Of a stretch of DNA of 13,209 bases, positions 8,999 to 13,209 are shown one piece after another (position 1 is the stretch's first letter; the number at the start of each line of letters is the position of its first letter). Under the pieces are notes generated by a model. The model saw nothing but the letters and a program-made list of their open reading frames with translations, was not told the origin of the DNA and made no database searches. The stretch spans positions 1 to 13,209 of the forward strand of contig CAZNJA010000026.1 of the NCBI GenBank assembly GCA_964573245.1, read 5' to 3'. Both the position numbers and the translations under genes were made by a program. The stretch is from an uncultured bacterium. GTDB taxonomy: Bacteria; CAIJMQ01.

Positions 8999-9031
8999 GT
9001 AAAAGCGACTGTTCAATGATGTATGTTAGCC
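8998..9031 (+). repeat. 34-bp direct repeat copy 1; putative attI-like cassette integration site (core GTTAGCC 9025-9031)
   Basis: AGTAAAAGCGACTGTTCAATGATGTATGTTAGCC, 31/34 identical to 11708-11741. It ends in a GTTRRRY core exactly complementary to the R'' (GGCTAAC) of the next attC. No hairpin, so it is not an attC. Confidence 0.7.
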
Positions 9032-9044
9032 AATAAAGGAAACA

Positions 9045-10064
9045 ATGACTACTTCTCGGAATGATATTTCTAAACTGATAGAGAGAATCCAGAAAAACAA
9101 TTCCATTCTGGATTCGATAAAGCCGTCTTTATTCGAGAGTGTTGTTGCGGAGGCAATCACTCGTAACAACCAATTGATAGAGATAAGCAAGAATGCAACC
9201 GAAAGTTTAGACTTTATAGGAAAGTACAAAGATCAATTTGACAAAATAAATTCTTTTGCAATTGAGACAAAACAATTTCAAAAAGCTGTTGAAGCCGCGC
9301 AAATTCATTCACTAGCTGCTAAAGCTTCTCAGCTTAACATTGACAAGAGCTATCTAATAACTAACTCCAAATTTACTAGTGCAGCTTTAGAGGCTGCTGC
9401 GTCGTATAAATCGCAACTAGAATTGATAGATCGTTCAGGTTTGAATACCCTTATCGAACAATACCGAGTTGATAGGGAGCTATTTTCTAATTCTATCGCG
9501 GCGCATATTTCGGCTCTTGAATCAAGAAGAATATTGACTCTTGATGATCCAGATCCAAACGTCATAGATGCGATAAATCTAGAAGAACTAGAAATAGCTG
9601 AAGATGAAAAATCATCTTTAATAATTGTTGATCGTTTGCCTCTTCGGCTACTATCAAAAATCTTAAGAAGTCCATCTGAAGTAAGGAATATTACTCCTCG
9701 TCAGTTTGAAGAATTTATCGCAAAGTTATTGAGTGAACTTGGTTTCAATAACGTAATCCTTACACCGAGATCGGGTGATGGTGGTAAAGATGTTATCGCA
9801 AGTCATAGCGTACAAGGCATTCCACTAACGTTTTACTTTGAGTGCAAGAAATATGCAGAAGGCAATAAGATTCAATTAGACACAATGCGATCACTACTGG
9901 GAACAGTGGCCCATGATTCCAGAGAGGTAAATAAAGGCATACTGGTCACAACATCAACCTTTACCAAAGGTTGTAAGGAGTTCATCTTGGCAGAGTCAAG
10001 AGTGGATGGAAAGGACTATGATGGGGTGTTGGGCTGGGTAGATGAAATACGTAAAGAAATTTAA
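9045..10064 (+). CDS. Mrr-like restriction endonuclease (C-terminal Mrr_cat PD-(D/E)xK domain) with helical N-terminal region; cassette gene
   Basis: ITPRQFEEFIAKLLSELGF, TPRSGDGGKDVIA, FECKKY, GILVTTSTFT; RBS AAAGGA at 9035-9040. Confidence 0.88.
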   Translation: MTTSRNDISKLIERIQKNNSILDSIKPSLFESVVAEAITRNNQLIEISKNATESLDFIGKYKDQFDKINSFAIETKQFQKAVEAAQIHSLAAKASQLNIDKSYLITNSKFTSAALEAAASYKSQLELIDRSGLNTLIEQYRVDRELFSNSIAAHISALESRRILTLDDPDPNVIDAINLEELEIAEDEKSSLIIVDRLPLRLLSKILRSPSEVRNITPRQFEEFIAKLLSELGFNNVILTPRSGDGGKDVIASHSVQGIPLTFYFECKKYAEGNKIQLDTMRSLLGTVAHDSREVNKGILVTTSTFTKGCKEFILAESRVDGKDYDGVLGWVDEIRKEI

Positions 10065-10070
10065 ATTAAT

Positions 10071-10158
10071 GGCTAACAAGGCAAATGCACTCGGACGGTA
10101 AAAAGCGCCGCTCGTTCCTCGCTTTGCTTTTTTCTGCCGGTGATGCGTGGCGTTAGAC
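10071..10158 (+). other. attC site 1 (88 bp)
   Basis: R'' GGCTAAC (10071-10077) to R' GTTAGAC (10152-10158); imperfect palindrome GCACTCGGACGGTAAAAAGC / GCTTTTTTCTGCCGGTGATGC; begins 7 bp after the Mrr stop. Confidence 0.9.
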
Positions 10159-10187
10159 CTAAATGGTTAAATAGGAGAGTAAATTTA

Positions 10188-10691
10188 ATGGGATATAATA
10201 AAATTAGTAAAATCTGGCCCAATAATACTGAATACTTTTTTAGGGATTATAATTTAAAGCCATTAAAACAAAAAGGAACTTATTGCGTTTCAACATCGTT
10301 GGCAATAATTACTGGTGAAACTCCAGAATATTTTCAGAAATTAATTAATACTCAAGACTCAATATCATGGTCAGAAGCTTTACGTAAATTTAACATGAAA
10401 CTTGCTTATTGTCCCGTCGATATAAGAAAAATTAAATTCTATATTAACGAATTAATAGCGTTGGACGATTTATTTTTATTGTCATATTATTCCCCAATTG
10501 GCGAAGAAATTCTTAAAGATCCTGATCATAATGGCTGGTTAGTAAGTTCACATATTGTAGTTTTACATAGGAGTATTATCTTAGACTCTAAGAGCGGAAA
10601 TATTTCACATGCACTAAAACATGAATGTAACTCACATCATACAAAACGAACTTTTAGAGTTATACCTTTAAATCATTCTAGGGGATTATAA
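10188..10691 (+). CDS. Hypothetical protein, probable papain-fold (peptidase C39-like) Cys-His-Asp enzyme, 167 aa
   Basis: Start moved to ATG 10188 (RBS AGGAG 10173-10177), because the GTG at 10140 lies inside the attC. Motifs KQKGTYCVSTSLAII and SHIVVL...ILD. Confidence 0.6.
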   Translation: MGYNKISKIWPNNTEYFFRDYNLKPLKQKGTYCVSTSLAIITGETPEYFQKLINTQDSISWSEALRKFNMKLAYCPVDIRKIKFYINELIALDDLFLLSYYSPIGEEILKDPDHNGWLVSSHIVVLHRSIILDSKSGNISHALKHECNSHHTKRTFRVIPLNHSRGL

Positions 10692-10736
10692 TTTTGATAA
10701 TTACGATACAAATAAATTAACAGGAGAAGATCATAA

Positions 10737-11573
10737 ATGGCTAAAGAAATATCTTGGTCAGACGTAAGTTCTAAATTTCGAGAAGTCTTTCCTGACAAAA
10801 AACCGGATAAATGGCGTATTATTCATTTGCTTTTCCATAATCATTTAACTAAATCTGGTGATATTCAAAGAACAGTTGAGATTTGTCTTGAATCTAATAT
10901 TGATAGTTTAACAGAATATGAATGGAGAATTCCATTGCCTGTGCCAAAGCAAAATAAAGTCCATGGATTATCTATTCGTGATGCATCAGGTGAATTGCTC
11001 GAATATGAATTAAGTTATTATAAAAAGGATGGAACTGTTGAAATTAATAATCCTGATTTTGCACTATTAAAAATCTTCTTTAATCCAATTAACAAGGGTA
11101 ATAAAAGAACGATAAAGTTTGGATATTTTATTGAAAATTATACAACCATATTAAGCAAGGGGGTTTTCAGTAGCTTGTGGAAATATTCATGGAGCTATAG
11201 AATCCATAGTGAGACAAGGAAGTTTGAATATCGAGTTATAATTCCTCAAAAATGTAAAATAATAAAAAATGGTTTTTCTACAAATATGCCAAGTCCTCCT
11301 TTTAGTTTTAGCTATGGTGAAAAGGAAACTATGATTTGGATGGCTGATAATCCTAGTACTGGTGATTTTATTGGAGAAGTAAGATATAAGCAAGAATCTC
11401 CAATAGGGTTGAATACTGTTAGTTTAGCGAGTGGAGCTTTTATTGGTGCATTAACGAGTTTATTTACAAGCCCCCAATCATTGTATGCTACTATCTTAAT
11501 ATTTCTTATTCCAATAGTGGTTGTATTTGGAACTATAAATTTGGCTAAAATATTATTACCCTCTCAAAAATGA
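10737..11573 (+). CDS. Hypothetical protein with beta-rich soluble domain and two C-terminal transmembrane helices
   Basis: 278-aa ORF with AGGAG upstream; hydrophobic segments TVSLASGAFIGALTSLF and LYATILIFLIPIVVVFGTINLA; no signal peptide. Confidence 0.75.
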   Translation: MAKEISWSDVSSKFREVFPDKKPDKWRIIHLLFHNHLTKSGDIQRTVEICLESNIDSLTEYEWRIPLPVPKQNKVHGLSIRDASGELLEYELSYYKKDGTVEINNPDFALLKIFFNPINKGNKRTIKFGYFIENYTTILSKGVFSSLWKYSWSYRIHSETRKFEYRVIIPQKCKIIKNGFSTNMPSPPFSFSYGEKETMIWMADNPSTGDFIGEVRYKQESPIGLNTVSLASGAFIGALTSLFTSPQSLYATILIFLIPIVVVFGTINLAKILLPSQK

Positions 11574-11623
11574 GTTAAAACGTGTAAATAAAAGAGAAAT
11601 TAAGTAAAGAAATTAAGGGTCAG

Positions 11624-11664
11624 GTCTCCCTCCTCTGATTTCTCCGAAATCAAGAAGAGGGGAC
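11624..11664 (+). other. Imperfect hairpin (terminator-like, REP-like or decayed attC)
   Basis: GTCTCCCTCCTCTGATTTC-TCC-GAAATCAAGAAGAGGGGAC; perfect inner stem TGATTTC/GAAATCA; no poly-T tail. Confidence 0.55.
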
Positions 11665-11673
11665 TTCGCAAAA

Positions 11674-11701
11674 TTGACAGAATAGAGTTATCTGTTATTA
11701 T
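11674..11701 (+). promoter_or_regulatory. Near-consensus sigma70 promoter (Pc-like) upstream of the second cassette sub-array
   Basis: TTGACA (11674-11679), 16-bp spacer, TATTAT (11696-11701) with an extended -10 TG at 11693-11694; predicted start site near 11708. Confidence 0.65.
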
Positions 11702-11707
11702 AAACAA

Positions 11708-11741
11708 AGTAAGAGTGACTGTTCAATGATGTGTGTTAGCC
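11708..11741 (+). repeat. 34-bp direct repeat copy 2; putative attI-like site (core GTTAGCC 11735-11741)
   Basis: AGTAAGAGTGACTGTTCAATGATGTGTGTTAGCC; the core is complementary to R'' GGCTAAC at 12338-12344. Confidence 0.7.
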
Positions 11742-11760
11742 CTTAAAATGAGAAAAAAAA

Positions 11761-12333
11761 TTGGTAGCTAAAAAATCATCCCCTGCCCGAAAAAATTCGA
11801 AACAATCCCGTTCTCCAAGCTCCAAAATACTTATGAGAAAGTACCGGTATTTTAATCGTAAAATTGAGCGTCTTTGGAGTAAAAGGCAAAGGATTGAATC
11901 TATTTTATATATGGGCATATTGATTGAATATTTGGTGAAGGAATCTATTTTCCTCTTTGAAAAAATTGTTGAGGGAGCTTCTTACAGAGCGAAGGTTGGA
12001 TTCAATCCACGAAACCTTTGCAGCAAAAAGGACATTGAAAATCAACCCCTAGGTTATTTGATAATGATTCTTAATACTTACACAAAAGATAAAATTCTAA
12101 TTCGAGATTTAAAAAAGTTTTCAAAAAAGAGAAATGACATTATTCATAAACTTTTCTTTCAAGATATTAGTAAGGTTAATAAACAATTAAAAGATTTTAA
12201 CGTTTTCTTTTATGAACTCATGATTATGTTGTTAAAACTTTTAATTAGCTTAGAGAACCACGTAAAAAAAGAATTTGTTTATGTTTGTGATGACTGCTTT
12301 AAGGATATAAATCATACTTGTATTAAATTATGA
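11761..12333 (+). CDS. Hypothetical HEPN-like protein (Rx4H motif); cassette gene
   Basis: All-helical appearance; ILIEYLVK, PLGYLI and KKRNDIIH (R-x4-H). Start codon uncertain (TTG 11761). Confidence 0.62.
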   Translation: MVAKKSSPARKNSKQSRSPSSKILMRKYRYFNRKIERLWSKRQRIESILYMGILIEYLVKESIFLFEKIVEGASYRAKVGFNPRNLCSKKDIENQPLGYLIMILNTYTKDKILIRDLKKFSKKRNDIIHKLFFQDISKVNKQLKDFNVFFYELMIMLLKLLISLENHVKKEFVYVCDDCFKDINHTCIKL

Positions 12334-12337
12334 AATT

Positions 12338-12410
12338 GGCTAACAAGGCGCTCCACCTGACTTTTTCCGCGACTTCGCCGCTCCAAAAGGCAGCTGATTT
12401 TGTGTTAGGC
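12338..12410 (+). other. attC site 2 (73 bp)
   Basis: R'' GGCTAAC (12338-12344) to R' GTTAGGC (12404-12410); arms CACCTGACTTTT / AAAAGGCAGCTG. Confidence 0.88.
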
Positions 12411-12420
12411 ACAGGAGATT

Positions 12421-12999
12421 ATGACTTACAAGAAATTTGTTCCGATTAAAGAGCTCGCTAAAGGGCATTGTCTTGCGGTCGAGAACGCTTATCGCTTGGT
12501 TCAAGATGGAGAGGTGTTGTTAAATGGCCAGCGCTATTTGAGCGCAATTAATCTATTTCGCCTCGCCTGCGAAGAACTCGCTAAAGCCCATATCATTACA
12601 CAGGCAATTTGTTATTCGGAAGACGATGAGAAACAATGGGATTGGTTCTGGTTTGCTTTCAGCGACCACCGTGAAAAGCTCAGGATCTTAGAGTATGAAT
12701 TTCATTGGAAGGGCTATAAGGCCAAAGATGAATTTCATCGTCGAGTCAACCTCTTGAGGCAGCAGAGAGAGGACACCTTGTATGTTGGCCTCGATGCCAA
12801 CGCGAATCAATTTCAGAAGGCTGGCACCTTGGTTGGTGAAGAAAAGGACTTTGCTGAAGTCGAGTATCGTTACGTCCTTAGACTTATGAAGTTTTTCCTT
12901 TCTACCGGCGGCCTCCCTACCCCTGACATTATGGAAGATGCTTATACCAATATGGCAAAGAAATTCTGGGCGAAAAAAAAGGCATCTGTGGGTGACTAA
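12421..12999 (+). CDS. abiV: AbiV-family abortive infection protein (HEPN_AbiV); cassette gene
   Basis: ENAYRLVQDGEVLL...YLSAINLFRLACEELAKA, FSDHREKL and RQQREDTLYV fit the AbiV pattern (NA..L..DA..L, A.EE.GK, H..K, R...LYV); RBS AGGAG 12413-12417. Confidence 0.82.
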   Translation: MTYKKFVPIKELAKGHCLAVENAYRLVQDGEVLLNGQRYLSAINLFRLACEELAKAHIITQAICYSEDDEKQWDWFWFAFSDHREKLRILEYEFHWKGYKAKDEFHRRVNLLRQQREDTLYVGLDANANQFQKAGTLVGEEKDFAEVEYRYVLRLMKFFLSTGGLPTPDIMEDAYTNMAKKFWAKKKASVGD

Positions 13000-13069
13000 C
13001 AAGTCGTTGCAACCGACGCCCACCACCCGCTTCGCGGTCGGCGGGCGCAGCTGAACTCTAACGTTAGAG
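12994..13069 (+). other. attC site 3 (76 bp)
   Basis: R'' GACTAAC (12994-13000) overlaps the abiV TAA stop; R' GTTAGAG (13063-13069); arms CAACCGACGCCCACCACCCGC-TTC-GCGGTCGGCGGGCGCAGCTG. Confidence 0.9.
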
Positions 13070-13081
13070 GAAAAGTTTGAG

Positions 13082-13165
13082 ATGGTAGATTCCATTAAAG
13101 CAAGGATTGAAACAATTACATTCTCTTCAGATACACAGCAAGAGACTTCACTATTTCCCCGATAA
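13082..13165 (+). pseudogene. Short ORF, probably the truncated 5' end of a further cassette gene (MVDSIKARIETITFSSDTQQETSLFPR)
   Basis: ATG 13 bp after attC3, the usual cassette gene position, but it stops after 27 codons and no attC follows. Confidence 0.4.
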
Positions 13166-13178
13166 TAGTTTCACTTAA

Positions 13179-13208
13179 TTGACACCCTGTATAAAACTAA
13201 CTTAAAAT
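13179..13208 (+). promoter_or_regulatory. Putative sigma70 promoter pointing out of the window
   Basis: TTGACA (13179-13184), 18-bp spacer, TAAAAT (13203-13208). Confidence 0.5.
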
Positions 13209-13209
13209 A

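Larger units (their letters stand above)
9026..13165 (+). mobile_element. Integron gene-cassette region with no integrase in the window (CALIN-like), in two sub-arrays
   Basis: Three attC sites; co-oriented genes that start just after GTTRRRY cores and end at or just before RYYYAAC. Complete cassettes are about 9026-10152, 11736-12404 and 12405-13063. No tyrosine recombinase ORF seen. Confidence 0.85.

Noticed and set aside
9004-9031. Repeat as a dif/Xer site (GTATGTTAGCC resembles the XerD arm TTATGTTAAAT)
   Set aside because: No matching XerC arm or 11-6-11 dyad; complementarity to the downstream attC R'' explains the core better.
10140-10187. GTG start and N-terminal extension of the 183-aa ORF
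   Set aside because: It begins inside attC1; ATG 10188 has a proper AGGAG RBS.
11692-11707. LexA-like box CTGT-TATTATAA-ACAA over the -10 element
   Set aside because: One mismatch in the conserved ACAG half, an AT-rich context, and the host's LexA motif is unknown.
8998-11741. 34-bp repeats as a CRISPR array
   Set aside because: Only two copies, 2.7 kb apart, with whole genes between them and no cas genes.
8998-11741. Repeats as attL/attR or target duplication of one inserted 2.7-kb element
   Set aside because: Not fully excluded, but there is no recombinase or transposase inside, and both copies are independently followed by complete attC-bounded cassettes.
101-11918. Other short minus-strand and alternate-frame ORFs in the track (e.g. 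101-484, 1175-1654, 3222-3536, 8111-8446, 9026-9229, 11736-11918)
   Set aside because: All overlap well-supported longer genes and show no domain signatures; none resembles an integrase, transposase or antitoxin.
12688-13095. Minus-strand 135-aa ORF
   Set aside because: Antisense to abiV and running through attC3; no recognisable motif.

Overview
AT-rich bacterial window from a probable diderm, with all credible genes on the + strand, in two parts. Left (1-8965): the 3' part of a homocitrate-synthase-like DRE-TIM gene, then a TPR/outer-membrane beta-barrel gene, a FecR-domain gene, a secreted clostripain (C11) protease with a CFI-box C-terminal tail, and a CHASE2 class III adenylate cyclase. 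These four form a probable trans-envelope signalling locus. Right (8998-13209): an integron-type cassette region with three clear attC sites and no integrase in the window. It is split into two short arrays, each starting at a copy of the same 34-bp repeat that ends in a GTTAGCC core (attI-like, 31/34 identical); the second copy has its own near-consensus sigma70 promoter. Cargo is defence-like: an Mrr-type nuclease, an Rx4H HEPN-like protein, AbiV, a papain/C39-like protein and an unknown membrane protein. All calls come from reading motifs by eye; no searches were run.
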